Part shown: positions 1-12,280 of the stretch, one piece after another
Numbering within the stretch: the stretch's first letter is position 1
Layout of the letters: each line of letters opens with the position of its first letter
NCBI RefSeq assembly: GCF_004010195.1
Contig: NC_057751.1
Coordinates: forward strand, 1,097,968 to 1,161,967
DNA from: Chiloscyllium plagiosum
Taxonomy: Eukaryota
Length of the DNA stretch: 64,000 nucleotides
Reading direction: 5' to 3'
Program-made: the position numbers and the translations under genes
The notes under the pieces: model-generated
Database searches by the model: none
Seen by the model: only the letters and a program-made list of their open reading frames with translations
What the model was told of the DNA's origin: nothing

Positions 1-52
1 ACTGCATGAATTTATGTAAAACTCGGTTATCTCACTTTTTAGATTAGAATCA

Positions 53-1010
53 NNNNNNNNNNNNNNNNNNNNNNNNNNNNNNNNNNNNNNNNNNNNNNNN
101 NNNNNNNNNNNNNNNNNNNNNNNNNNNNNNNNNNNNNNNNNNNNNNNNNNNNNNNNNNNNNNNNNNNNNNNNNNNNNNNNNNNNNNNNNNNNNNNNNNNN
201 NNNNNNNNNNNNNNNNNNNNNNNNNNNNNNNNNNNNNNNNNNNNNNNNNNNNNNNNNNNNNNNNNNNNNNNNNNNNNNNNNNNNNNNNNNNNNNNNNNNN
301 NNNNNNNNNNNNNNNNNNNNNNNNNNNNNNNNNNNNNNNNNNNNNNNNNNNNNNNNNNNNNNNNNNNNNNNNNNNNNNNNNNNNNNNNNNNNNNNNNNNN
401 NNNNNNNNNNNNNNNNNNNNNNNNNNNNNNNNNNNNNNNNNNNNNNNNNNNNNNNNNNNNNNNNNNNNNNNNNNNNNNNNNNNNNNNNNNNNNNNNNNNN
501 NNNNNNNNNNNNNNNNNNNNNNNNNNNNNNNNNNNNNNNNNNNNNNNNNNNNNNNNNNNNNNNNNNNNNNNNNNNNNNNNNNNNNNNNNNNNNNNNNNNN
601 NNNNNNNNNNNNNNNNNNNNNNNNNNNNNNNNNNNNNNNNNNNNNNNNNNNNNNNNNNNNNNNNNNNNNNNNNNNNNNNNNNNNNNNNNNNNNNNNNNNN
701 NNNNNNNNNNNNNNNNNNNNNNNNNNNNNNNNNNNNNNNNNNNNNNNNNNNNNNNNNNNNNNNNNNNNNNNNNNNNNNNNNNNNNNNNNNNNNNNNNNNN
801 NNNNNNNNNNNNNNNNNNNNNNNNNNNNNNNNNNNNNNNNNNNNNNNNNNNNNNNNNNNNNNNNNNNNNNNNNNNNNNNNNNNNNNNNNNNNNNNNNNNN
901 NNNNNNNNNNNNNNNNNNNNNNNNNNNNNNNNNNNNNNNNNNNNNNNNNNNNNNNNNNNNNNNNNNNNNNNNNNNNNNNNNNNNNNNNNNNNNNNNNNNN
1001 NNNNNNNNNN
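53..1010. other. Assembly gap (N run)
   Basis: 958 N. Confidence 1.
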
Positions 1011-1279
1011 TCGAATTCAGCACCGCCTTCCTAACCTGAGATCTTCTTCCCGACCTCTCCGCCCCCACCCCAGTCTGATCTATCACCCTCACCTTGACCT
1101 CTTTCCACCTATCACATTTCCGACGCCCCTCCCCCAAGTCCCTCCTCCCTACCTTTTATCTTAGCCTGCTGGACAAACTTTCCCCATTCCTGAAGAAGGG
1201 CTTATGCCCGAAACGTCGATTCTCCTGTTCCCTGGATGCTGCCTGACCTGCTGCGCTTTTCCAGCAACACATTTCCAGC
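1011..1279 (+). mobile_element. 3' end of a Penelope-like element with hammerhead motif
   Basis: Pyrimidine-rich tract, CTGAAGA..GAAACGTC and the tail GATGCTGCCTGACCTGCTG. Same layout as the GIY-YIG-linked copy at 52222-52660. Confidence 0.75.
1185..1220 (+). ncRNA. Minimal hammerhead ribozyme motif (family A)
   Basis: CTGAAGA(1190-1196)-A-GGGC/TTAT/GCCC-GAAA(1210-1213)-CGTC, with GUC as the putative cleavage triplet. Stem I is weak (TC/GA). Confidence 0.65.
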
Positions 1280-2632
1280 ACCACCATTCACGTCTGGATG
1301 TGACAGGACTGCTGAGTTGAGATCTGATCCATTGGCTGTGGGATTACTGAACTCTGTCCATCACTTGCCACTTACGCTGCTTGTCATGCAAGTTGGCCTG
1401 TTTGATCGCTTTACCAGGTTGGCACTTCAGTTTTAGGTATGCTGTGGATTAACCCACAATGCCCTCAGGGAGGGAATTCCAGGATTTTCACTCAGTGACA
1501 GTGAAACAACAGCAATGTTTTTTGTTGTCATTTTCAGTTTGACTTTTCCTTTATTCATTCTGTAGATGAGCCAACATGTATTGTCCATTTCTAATTGCAT
1601 CATGTGAAAGTGTTGGAGAGCTACCTTATCAAAGTGCTGCAGTCCTGAGAAGCTAGAGGGAGGTTGGTCCAGGATTTTGACCCAGTGGCACTAAAGGAAT
1701 TGTGATGTGTTTCCAGTTCAGGGTAGGGAGTGGCCTGGAGAAGAATTTGTGGGTTTGAGAGTGATTTCATTGCATCTTGTCGATGGTAGACACTGCTGCC
1801 AGTGTTCTGGTCTCAAATTGGCCTAATTCCTGACACATCGCCTCTTGCAATGTCAGACCTGTTGGAATACAGTTCCAGAAATCTTGTGGAAGTAACCACA
1901 AAATGTTTACTTTGTCAAAATGCAGTGGGTTCAATTTCTGCATTGGCTGTTGTACTTCGTGGACACATGTCTCCTCCCATTGTCCCATGTATATGGAGGA
2001 GTACTCCTCGAGTTATATAGAATCAGTTCTCTCTCTCTAATGGAGAGTGATACCGATACTGCTTGTGGACTATGGCCAATTACATCCTCAACAGTGTTGA
2101 GTGAGAAAAATCTTCACTCAACTGTAATCACAATTAATAATTATCTACATGTTTCATTAACAAGGTCATTTCTGAAGAAAGATCAGAATGTCAGCAAATA
2201 TCATTATGTATAATGTTGAAATTAATCTTTCACCACAGCTGTCATTTATTTTATTGAATCCAATGAGGTATGAACACTTAGTCTCACCATGCATAAAACC
2301 TACACATACCCAGCAGAATTCAGCATTTCTTCATGAAATAGCAGGGCAACCCAGCAAATATTAATTGAAAATTATACAACCTTTGACTTCATTGCTCATG
2401 GGCCATTAGATATACTTCAGTCATTTAAAAAATGCTCTTCTCATGTGTTCCCATTATATTCATGGGATCTAGCCTTTCATTCGATCACAACGTTGCACTT
2501 TTGGTGCAGAGTGGCAGTCTTTTGAAATCACTGCACTTTTCTTTCCGGAAGCTTTTCATTGTTTGACCGCCACAATGTGGTTGTCTGGATGAAGTTGATT
2601 TGGATTGCCATTTATTGCCCGTCCCTTGTTGT

Positions 2633-2946
2633 TTAGATTTAGATTAGATTACAGTGTGGAAACAGGCCCTTCGGCCCAACAAGTCCACACCGACCCGCTG
2701 AAGCGCAACCCACCCATACCCCTACATTTACCCCTTACCTAACACTACGGGCAATTTAGCATGGCCAATTCACCTGACCTGCACATCTTTGGACTGTGGG
2801 AGGAAACCGGAGCACCCGGAGGAAACCCACGCAGACACGGGGAGAACATGCAAACTCCACACAGTCAGTCGCCTGAGGCGGGAATTGAACCCGGGTCTCT
2901 GGCGCTGTGAGGCAGCAGTGCTAACCACTGTGCCACCGTGCCGCCC
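2633..2946 (-). mobile_element. HE1-type tRNA-derived V-SINE, near full length
   Basis: Minus strand starts GGGCGGCACGGTGGCACAGTGGTTAGCA (A box), then GGTTCAATTCC (B box), V-domain-like GTGGGTTTCCTCCGGGTGCTCCGGTTTCCTCCCAC and an (AATCT)n tail. Confidence 0.9.
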
Positions 2947-3009
2947 ACGGCGGCAGTTTGAGAAGATGGTGGTTGAGCTGTCTGTTGACCTGCTTCAGTC
3001 CATTTGATG

Positions 3010-4235
3010 GCAAGATTTGATCAGGTATAGTCAGTATGGTTTTGTCAGAGAGTGGTCATGCTTAACAACATTGATTCAACTTCCTGAGGAAGTGACCAAA
3101 TACACAGGTGTGTGTTTAGTGCAGTTGATGTGTTTCACATGGATTTCAGCAAAGCCTTTGTCAAGCTCCTAACATTTGATAACAAAGGTAAAGGCACATG
3201 GCAACTTGATGGATCCAAAATTAGCTTGGTCATCAGAGCCAGAGGGTGGGGAAGGCTGTTTGTGAGACTGGAGGCCGATGTCCAGGATGTATGACATTGT
3301 TTGTGATATATTTGAACAATAGAGATGAGAATGGTGGATAATAACTAGCTTTGCGGATGACAGAAAGACTGGCCGGGTGGCCGGCAGTCAGGAAGAAGGT
3401 CTTGGGTTACAGGAGGATATAAACAGATTGGCCGGATAGACAGATCAGAGGCAGATGAAATTTAACCCTGACAAATGGAGGTGATGCACTTTGGAAGAAG
3501 TAACAAGACAAGGGAGTACTCAGTGAATGGCAGAATATCTGAACGCTCACAGGAACAGGAGAATCTTGGTCAGCTTGTCCACTGATCCTGAAAAGTGGCA
3601 GGATAAGTTATTTGCATAGTTAAGGCACACAGGACATTTCTCTTTCTCTGACCTGACAGAGATTCTCAGAGCAGGGAGATGTTGGAGCTGGACAGGACTT
3701 TGGTGAGGCACAGCTGGGGTACTGTCTGCAGTTCTGGTCCCCACACTATAGGAAGGAAATGATTGCCCAGGAAGGGGTGCAGAGGAGATTCACCAGGATG
3801 TTACTTGGGATGGAGCAGTTTCGCTACAAAGAGAGGCAGGATAAGATTGAGTTGTTTTCTTTAGAGCAGAGAAGTTTGAGATAGACCTGAGTAAGGTTTA
3901 TAAGATGATGAGGGGCATGGACAGGTCGATGGAATGTAGCTGTTCCCCTTCGTCGAAGGGTCAGTAACAAGGGCCCATCATTTTAAGGAGGAGAGCAGGC
4001 GGTTTAGAGAGGGTTTGAGGAAAAATACTTCCATCCAGAAAGTAGTGTCAGTGTGGAATGCACTGCCTGGGAGGGTAGTTGAGGTGGGAAACCTCACAAT
4101 ATTTTAAAAGTACTTGGATGAACATTTGAAATGCTGTAACATTTAAAGCTATGGACAAACTGCTGAAAAGTGGGATGAGTGTAGATTTCAAATAGTTTTG
4201 TTGGTGAAAACTCGATAGACCAAAGGGCATCTTTT
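3010..4235 (+). mobile_element. Decayed CR1-clade LINE (RT and 3' region)
   Basis: Frameshifted RT motifs VDVFHMDFSKAF, FADD and an HLEYC-like segment; 3' end resembles other CR1 copies here. Confidence 0.85.
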
Positions 4236-4239
4236 TATG

Positions 4240-4675
4240 GAATCCCTACAGTGTCAAAACAGGCTCTTTGGCCCAACAGATTCCTGATGAAGGGCTTATG
4301 CCTGAAACATTGTTTCTCCTGCTCCTTGGATGCTGCCTGCCCACTGTGCTTTTCTAGCACCACTTTCTCGATTCTGATCTCCAGCATCTGCAGTCCTCAC
4401 TTTCACCCATTTGGCCCAACAAGTCCACACTGACCCTCCAAAGGATAACCCACCCAGACCCATTCCCCTACCCTATTACTCTAACATTTATCCCTGACTA
4501 ATGCACCTTACCTACACATCCCTGAACACTATGCGCAATTTAGCATAGCTAATCCACCGAACCTGCACATCTTTGGACTGTGGGAGGAAACCGGAGCACC
4601 CAGAGGAAACCCACGCAGACACAGGGAGAATGTGCAAAATCAATACAGACAGTCGCCTGAGGGAGGAATCGAACT
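4240..4675 (-). mobile_element. HE1-type SINE interrupted by a hammerhead-bearing insertion
   Basis: Matches the 2633-2946 copy on both sides of 4279-4409. Confidence 0.85.
4279..4409 (+). mobile_element. 131-bp PLE-derived hammerhead element (family A) with 12-bp TSD
   Basis: CTGATGA 4284-4290 and GAAA 4304-4307. Flanked by TTTGGCCCAACA at 4267-4278 and 4410-4421. Confidence 0.85.
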
Positions 4676-5008
4676 CTAGAATCAAATCTTCTGAACCATG
4701 TGATTCAAGATGCTAAGTAGACTGACAGTGCAGTGAGAGAGGGAGATCCAAGATTTCCACCCAGAAACAGTGATATATTTCCAAGTAAGGATAGTGAGTG
4801 GCTTTGAGGGGATCTTGCAGGTAGTGATGTCCCCATGTGTTTGCTGCCCTTGTCCTTTTATATGGTCTGGGATCATGGGTTTGGAAGGTGTTCTCAAAGG
4901 AACCTTGGTAAATTTCGACAGTGTATCTTATAAATGGCACACATTGCTGCTATCGAGTTTCAGTGAAGGAGGGTGTGGATGTTTGTGGATGTGGTGCCAA
5001 TCAAGCAG

Positions 5009-5232
5009 GCGAGGAGAAAGTGAAGGCTGGAGATCAGATTCAAGAGTGTGTGTGCTGGAAAAGCACAGCAGGTCAGGCAACATCTGAGCAGCAGGAGAAT
5101 CAATGTCTCGGGCAGGAGCCCTTCTTCAGGAATGAGGCTTAACTCAGGCCCTCATTCCTGATGAAGGGCTTATGTCCGGAATGCTGATTCTCCTGCTCCT
5201 CAGATGCTGCCTGACCTGCTGTACATTTCCAG
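5009..5232. mobile_element. Head-to-head inverted pair of family-A PLE hammerhead elements
   Basis: Minus copy ~5011-5138 (core 5123-5129) and plus copy ~5149-5232 (core 5158-5164). Flanked by TCAAGCAG at 5001-5008 and 5233-5240. Confidence 0.8.
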
Positions 5233-5259
5233 TCAAGCAGACGGCTTTGTCCTGAATGG

Positions 5260-5371
5260 GTTACACCTGAAACGTTGACTTCTCCACCTCCTGATGGTGC
5301 CTGGCTTGCTGTGTTCTTCCAGCCTCTTGCTTGTCTACCTTGGATTCCAGCATCTGCAGGTTTTTTGTCTC
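5260..5371 (+). mobile_element. Truncated PLE-tail element with 13-bp TSD
   Basis: GAAACGTTGAC...CCAGCATCTGCAG tail. TTGTCCTGAATGG at 5247-5259 and 5372-5384. Confidence 0.75.
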
Positions 5372-5876
5372 TTGTCCTGAATGGTGTCAAGCTTCTTGAG
5401 TGCTGTTGGACCTTCATCCATTTGGGCAAATGGGGAGTATTCCATTACACTCCTGATTTGTACGTGATAGATAAAGGCTTTGTGGAATCAGGGGTTGAGT
5501 TACTTGCTGCAGAATTTCCAACCTCTGACCTGCACTTGTAGCCATTGCATTTATATGGTGAATCAGTTCAGTTACTGATCAATAAAAACTCTCAGGATGT
5601 TGATAGGGGGAGATTCAGTGATGGTAACACCATTAAATGTCGCAGAGCAGTGGTTAGATTGTCTCTTATTGGAGATGGTCTTTGCCTGGCATTTGTGTGC
5701 CAAGATGTTATTTGCTGCTTTCCTGCCCAAGCCTGGATATTGTCCAGATCTTTTTGCATTTGAACATGGGCTGCTTTAGTGTCTGAGGTGTTGCAAATGG
5801 TGCTGCAGATTGTTCAGTCCTCAGTGAACATCCCCACCTCTGATGTTATGATGGAGACAAGGTCATTGATGAAGCA

Positions 5877-6430
5877 AAGAAAATTTACAGCCCAGGAACA
5901 GGCCCTTCAGCCTGACAAGCCTGAGCCGATCTAAATCCACTGTCTAAACCTGTTGCCCAATTCCTAAGCATCTCTACCCCTCTGCTCCCCACCTACTCCT
6001 GCATCTGTCCAGACGCATCTTAAATGAATCTACCGTGCCTGCCTCTACCACCTCTGCTAGCAACACGTTCCAAACACCCACCACCCTCTGTGTGAAGTAC
6101 TTGTTGCGTGTATCCCCCTTGAACCTTTCACCTCTCACCTTGAAAGCGTAACCTCTCGTTATTGAATCCTTCACCCTGGGAAAAAGCTTATCTCCATCCA
6201 CCCTGTCTATACCCTTCATGATTTTGTAAACCTCAATCAGGCCTCCCCTCAATCTCCTTTTTTCTAAAGAAAACAATCCTAATCTACTCAACCTTCTTCA
6301 TAGCTAGCAACATCCTCGTAAACCTTCTCTGCACCCTCTCCAAAGCGTCCACATCCTTTTGGTAATGTGGCGACCAGAACTATACACAGTATTCCAAATG
6401 CTGCCGAACCAGTGTCGTGAACAATTTTAA
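5877..6430 (-). mobile_element. CR1/HER1-type LINE 3' fragment
   Basis: ORF 5974-6291 RLGLFSLEKRRLRGGLIEVYKIMKG...FTQRVVGVWN. Closely similar to 25314-26275. Confidence 0.9.
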
Positions 6431-7093
6431 AGCAGGTTGAGATGGTTGCACCGAAGACACAACCCTCAGGTACTCCTGCTGCGATGTCCTGGAGCTTTGC
6501 TCAGTCACTATGATGCCAGAAACAATTAAGTGTGCTTTGATGTCAAGAGTAGACACTCTCACCTTAAAATATCTTTCTAATTTAGAATATCTCAGTCAGA
6601 TTTCCTCTTGTGGATCCTGTTTCTCATACTTGGCTTATCTCCTAAACCCTGTCTTTGGTCTTGACATCATCCTGAAAATAAGAAGCTCAAAACTGGCACA
6701 ATATTTGGTCAGTGCTAGAGTCAGCAACTATGTTTGGTTTTGTGTTGCTCCTCATTTCTGTATGAGGGCAGGATTGTCGAAAATTGAAGAATGAAATGAA
6801 ATAAACCTCAGGTTCCTCATGGTTAATCAGAGAGACCAAGGATGTTAAACATAAATTGCAAAAGAAGGAAGCCCTTTACCATCGCGGGTGCATTCCATCT
6901 TTCCATTAGATCGTAGCTGATCTGTATCTGAACTCCATTTGCCCATCTTCATTTTGTAATCCTTAACACCCTTATCCAGAAAGACACCAGTCTCAGTTTT
7001 AAATTTCCCAATTTCCCAGTTTCAAATGTTTTGTATAGAGGAGAGAATTTTGGAGTTCCACTATTTATCGTATGAGAACATTTTCAGCTTACT

Positions 7094-8045
7094 TAGACCA
7101 TAAGACACAGAAACAGAAATTAGGCCATTCAGCTCATCAAATCTAATCTCCATTCAAAAATGGCCGATAACTTTCTCAATCCCATTCTCCCGCTTTCTCC
7201 CTGTAACCCTTGAATCTCTTAACAATTAAGAACTTATCTATTGTCATCTTAAATACACTCAATGGCATGGCCTCCACAGCCTTCAGTGGCAGTGAATTCC
7301 ATAGACTCATGACTGTTTGGCTGAAGAAGTTTCTCCTTATCTGCATTCTAAAAGGTCCTCCCTTTACTCTAAGGCTGTGCCCTCGGGTATTTGTTTCTCC
7401 TACAAATGGTAACATCTTCCCAACATCCACTTTGTGCAGCAGGATTCTGTAAGTTTCAATTAGATCCCCCCTCATCCTTCTAAACTCCATCATGTTTAAA
7501 CCCAGAGTTCTCAAATGTTCCTCGTATTTAAGCCTTTCATTCCTGGGACCAATCTTGTAAACTTCCTCTGAACACACTCCAGGGCCAGTATATGCAACCC
7601 AAAACTGCACACAATACTCCAAATGTGGCCTGACCAGAGCCTTATAGAGCCTCAGAAGTACATTCCTGCCTTTATGTTCAAATCCTTTCCTAAGTACTGA
7701 CTCAACTTGCAAGTTTACCTTGAGAGAATCCTGGACGAGAACTCCCAAGTCTCTTTGCACTTCAGACTTCTGAATTTTCTTCCCATTTAGAAAATAGCCC
7801 ATGCCTCTATTCTTCCCATCAAAGTGCATGACTTCAAGCTTTCCCACATTATATTCCATCTGCCACTTCTTTGCCCACTCTCCTAACCTGTCCACATCCT
7901 TCTGCAGCTGCCTCAATGCTAGCTGTCCATCTACCTATCTTTGTATCATCTGCAAACTGAGCCCTCAGTTCTTTTATCTAGATCATTAATGTATAAAGTG
8001 AAAAGTTGTGGTCCCAACACTGACCCTTGCAGAACATCACTTGTT
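7094..8045 (-). mobile_element. CR1-type LINE 3' fragment
   Basis: ORF 7176-7916 with LQKDVDRLGEWAKKWQMEYN, VRPHLEYCVQFW and RRMRGDLIETY. Confidence 0.92.
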
Positions 8046-8064
8046 CATCCCTGTTCATTTATTT

Positions 8065-8550
8065 AGACATCACTGACTGGGCCCAGTTTTTATTGCCCTA
8101 TCCCTAGTTGCCCCTTGAGAGGGTGGTGGTGCACTGCCTTCTTGAACTGCTACAGTCTATATGCTGTTAGGGAGGGAATTCTAGGATTTTAACCCAATGA
8201 CACTAAAAGAATAATATTATATTTCCAAATCAGGATGGTGAGTGGCTTGCACAAAATGATACTGACTTTGACCTTCAAGATGGAAGTGGATATGGGTTTG
8301 TGAGGTGCTGCCTGAGGACCATCTTGTAGACGGCAGACACTGCTGCTACTGAGCATCGGTGGTGGAGGGAGTGGATGTTGAAGGGGGTCAATGTTGTGCC
8401 AGTCAAGTAGGTACAGGTCGGGCTTGAGATGAAATATGCTCCACTTGTCTGGATGATGTTCTGTTTCTGAGGTGTTGTTGGAGCTGCAGTCATCCGGCAG
8501 TATTCCATCATGCTCCTAACCCGTGTGTTGTAAATAGTGGACAGACTGTG
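8065..8550 (-). mobile_element. Decayed LINE 3' fragment (second family)
   Basis: Reverse complement of a GGGCAATAAA...CCCAG tail. Similar to 62700-63110. Confidence 0.65.
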
Positions 8551-8594
8551 CTTTCTGACATCAGCCTGAATAGTTTGGTTTTGATTTTAAGGTT

Positions 8595-9492
8595 ATAGAC
8601 AATAGACAATAGGTGCAGGAGTAGGCCATTCTGCCCTTCGAGCCTGCACCGCCATTCAACATCATCATGGCTGATCATCCTCAATCAGTATCCTGTTCCT
8701 GCCTTATCTCCATAACCCTTGATTCCACTATCCTTGAGAGCTCTATCCAACTCTTTCTTAAATGAATCCAGAGACTGGGCCTCCACTGCCCTCTGGGGCA
8801 GAGCATTCCACACAGCCACCACTCTCTGGGTGAAGAAGTTTCTCCTCATCTCTGTCCTAAATGGTCTACCCCGTATTTTTAAGCTGTGTCCTCTGGTTCA
8901 GCACTCACCCATCAGCAGAAACATGTTTCCTGCCTCCAGAGTATCCAATCCTTTAATAATCTTATATGTCTCAATCAGATCCACTCTCAGTCTTCTAAAC
9001 TCAAGGGTACACAAGCCCAGTCGCTCCAGTCTTTCAGTGTAAGATAATCCCGCCATTCCAGGAATTGACCTCGTGAACCTACGCTGCATTCCCTCAATAG
9101 CCAGAATGTCTCTCCTCAAATTTGGAGACCAGAACTGCACACAGTACTCCAGGTGTGGTCTCACCAGGGCCCTGTACAGCTGCAGAAGCATCTCTTTGCT
9201 TCTATACTCAATTCCTATTGTTATGAAGGCCAGCATGCTGTTAGCCTTCTTCACTACCTGCTGTACCTGCATGCTTGCCTTCATTGACTGGTGTACAAGA
9301 ACACCCAGATCTCTCTGTACTGCCCCTTTACCTAAATTGATTCCATTGAGGTAGTAATCTGCCTTCCTGTTCTTGCCACCAAAGTGGATAACCATACATT
9401 TATCCACATGAAACTGCATCTGCCATGCATCTGCCCACTCACCTAACTTGTCCAGGTCACCCTGTAATCTCCTAACATCCTCATCACATTTC
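8595..9492 (-). mobile_element. CR1-type LINE 3' fragment (relatively young)
   Basis: ORF 8898-9419 with MQFHVDKC and LVRPHLEYCVQFWSP; (CTATTGT)n tail. Confidence 0.92.
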
Positions 9493-10271
9493 TATGCTGA
9501 GTTATATTCCTATGCTGAGTTGACCAGATGAGGATAGGTAAAGTGATGACTGTCTTGTCCCACTCCTAATCTGAGATTTTTTCAAAAAGGATAAATTGCC
9601 AAATTAGTGCATTTCTACTTGTTTATGTACTGTGACCGTAAAATGCACAGGTTTTTGAAAACAAAATAGGGTTTTATTTATTGAACTTAACTCTTTTTCA
9701 GAAAAACAACACAAATGCTCCAACGTTTACACACACTCATACTGAGAAAAATAGATTACAAAGTGGGAAGATGGAGTAAGGGATCATTTATTTCACTTTA
9801 TGCTCTTTTTTGGCCTGGTAACCATTCTACTGTTTCAGTTACATGCCCTACAAACTCAGTATGCCCTTCCTGCTGCCCAGAACTGAATGGAGCTTTATAC
9901 ATGCAGGATAAGCACAGTCCTCCTTTCAGAAACTGCAATCAAGGCTGTTAAACAAAGCACCTCTCTGGAACTGCAATTGGGTTGGGAAGGTAAGTGATTG
10001 CTATATAAAGAACTTACCTCGACGCCAACGGTCTTTTCGCAGCAGAGAGCGGCGCGAGCTGGGCGGAAGTTCAGGCGGACTTCCAGAAATGGGAAACCCG
10101 CTGAAGAACTTTGAACTGAACATGGGATGTGCACTGGCAAAATAGACAAGGTGCTTCACTTTGCAGCGGTGCCCACAGTAACACCAACATGCCATCCATT
10201 GGTTTGCACCTCACCATAGAACAAAGACATTTGCTGTGTGCTGTTCATCAGGGGAGTACCTTATTTAAAAC

Positions 10272-10570
10272 CTGCCTCACCACACCACGGACCCAAATTC
10301 GATTTCAGCTGTGGGGTGGTTGTCTGTCTGGAGTTTGCACATTCTCCCCGTGTCTGCGTGGGTTTTCTCTAGGTCCTCTGGTTTCCAAAGATGTGCAGGT
10401 TTGGTGGACTGGCTGTGAGAAATTGTCCATGGTGTCCAAGGGTGTTTAGGCCAGGTGGATTATCCCTGGGAAATGCAGAGTTATATCGTGGTTGTGGGTG
10501 GGCTGTTCTTCAGTGGATCGGCATGGACATGAATGGCCCACTTCCACACTGTAGGGATTCCATGAATCTA
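10272..10570 (+). mobile_element. Decayed HE1-type SINE
   Basis: GAGTTTGCACATTCTCCCCGTGTCTGCGTGGG core and CCACACTGTAGGGATTC tail. Confidence 0.8.
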
Positions 10571-10724
10571 TTTGAACTATTGTGACAATTTCTCACATTT
10601 GGCTGCAGATATTATAGCAGCCAATTTGTACACAAGAATTTTCCACAAAACCAGTGATCAAATGATCCATCACATTGTGGATGGTTCAGGATAAAGGTTT
10701 GGCTGAGACAGAGGGGCAAATTAT

Positions 10725-11850
10725 AATTAGGATTTAGATGAGGAAGCTAAATGTAATGTCTCCAAGCTTGCAGATGTCATAAAGCTGGGCGGGAGGGTGA
10801 GCTGTGAGGAGGATGCAGAGATGCTTTAGTGTGATTTAGACAAGTCGGGTGAGTGGGCGAATGCTTGACAAATTGAGTATAATGTGGATAAATGTGAGGT
10901 TACCCATTTTGGTGGCAAAAACAGGAAGGCGGGTTATTAGCGGAATGGTGATATGTTGGGAAATGGGATCTGGGGTTTCTCACGTACCAGTTGCTGAAAG
11001 TAAACCTGCAAGTGCAGCAGGTGGTGAAGAAGTCAAATGGACGTTGGCCTTTATAGGATTTGAGTACAGGAGCAGGGATTTCTTGCTGTAATTGTACAGG
11101 GTCTTGGTGAGGCCACACCTGAAGTATTGTGTGGAACTTTGGTCTCCTTATCTGAGGAAGGATGCTCTGGATAAGGAGGGAGTGCAATGAAGGTTTCTCA
11201 GATGGATTCCTGAGCTAGCAGGACTTGTGAATGCAGAGAGGCAGCTATATTCACTGGAGTTTATAAAAATGAAGTGGGGGGTGCGGGGCGCAGGGAAATG
11301 AGCTGATATGGTGGCTCAGTGGTTAGCACTGCTGCCTCACAGCGCCAGGGACCTGGGTTCGACCCCAGCCTCGGGTGACTTTCTGTGTCGAGTTTGCACA
11401 TTCTCCCTGTGTCCACGTGTGTTGCCTCCAGGTGCTCCAGTTTCCTCCCACAGTCCAAAGGCGTGCAGGTGAATTAGCCATTCAAAATTGCCCATAGTGT
11501 TCAAGGATGAGTAGATTGGGTGCACTAGTCAGGGGAACTGTCGAGTAAAAAGGAATGGGTCTGGGTGGGTTACTCTTCGGAGGGTTGGTGTGGTGGCCTT
11601 TATCCATACTGTAGGGATTCTATGAAATGTACTAAATTCTGAAAGGCACGATGCAGGAAACATGTTCCCAATTATCAAGAAGTCTAGAACAAGGGGTCAA
11701 AGTTTAAGGATACAAGGAAGCCATTTAGGAGAGAGATGAGAAATTCTTTCAGCCAGAGAGTAATGAGCTGTGGAATTCTCTGCCTCAGAAATCGGTTAGG
11801 GTCAAAATATTAAATTTACAAAAAGGAGCTAGATATAGTTCGAAGGACAC
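10725..11850 (+). mobile_element. Decayed CR1 LINE interrupted by an HE1 SINE
   Basis: CNVSKLAD-like, VRPHLKYC and FFSQRV motifs in broken frames. Confidence 0.85.
11307..11625 (+). mobile_element. HE1-type SINE
   Basis: TGGCTCAGTGGTTAGCA A box, GGTTCGACCCC B box, V-domain-like core. Confidence 0.88.
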
Positions 11851-11852
11851 TA

Positions 11853-12280
11853 AGTACAGACCCACTGACAGTGCAGCACTCCCTCAGTACCGACCCACTG
11901 ACAGTGTGGCACTCCCTCAGTACTGACCCTCTGACAGTGCAGCACTCCCTCAGTACTGACCCTCTGACAGTGCAGCAATCCATCAGCACAGGCAATCTGT
12001 TAGTGCGGCGCATCCTCAGCACTGAGTCTCTGACAGTGCGGCACTCCCTCAGCACTGACCATCTGACAGTGCAGCACTCCCTCAGTACTGACACTGCGGC
12101 ACTCCCTCAGCACTGCCCATCTGACAGTGCGGCACTCCCTCAGCACTGACCCTCTGACAGTGCAGCACTCCCTCAGTACTGACCCTCTGACAGTGCAGTA
12201 GTCTGTCTGTACTAACTCTCCAAAAGTGTGGCACTGCCTTAATACTGACCGTCTGGCAGTGCAGCATTCCCTCAGTACCT
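11853..12280 (+). repeat. 33-bp minisatellite (CTGACCCTCTGACAGTGCAGCACTCCCTCAGTA)n, ~13 degenerate units
   Basis: Tandem units visible directly. Confidence 0.95.

Larger units (their letters stand above)
4720..5875 (-). mobile_element. Decayed LINE (second CR1-like family), host to nested PLE pieces
   Basis: Similar to 8065-8550(-), 29200-31010(+) and 62700-63110(+). Minus strand has a DLDNIQAWA-like RT motif. Confidence 0.7.

Noticed and set aside
1..52. Possible PLE 3'UTR fragment
   Set aside because: Only 52 bp before a gap, with no diagnostic motif visible.
2870..2946. tRNA gene
   Set aside because: This is the tRNA-derived head of an HE1 SINE, continuous with the SINE body.
7176..9419. 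CR1 RT ORFs as functional genes (also 25475-26125)
   Set aside because: They are 5'-truncated, frameshifted LINE remnants.
9631..10270. Possible third solo LTR
   Set aside because: It has a TG start and minus-strand AATAAA, but the other end runs into an HE1 SINE and there is no TSD.
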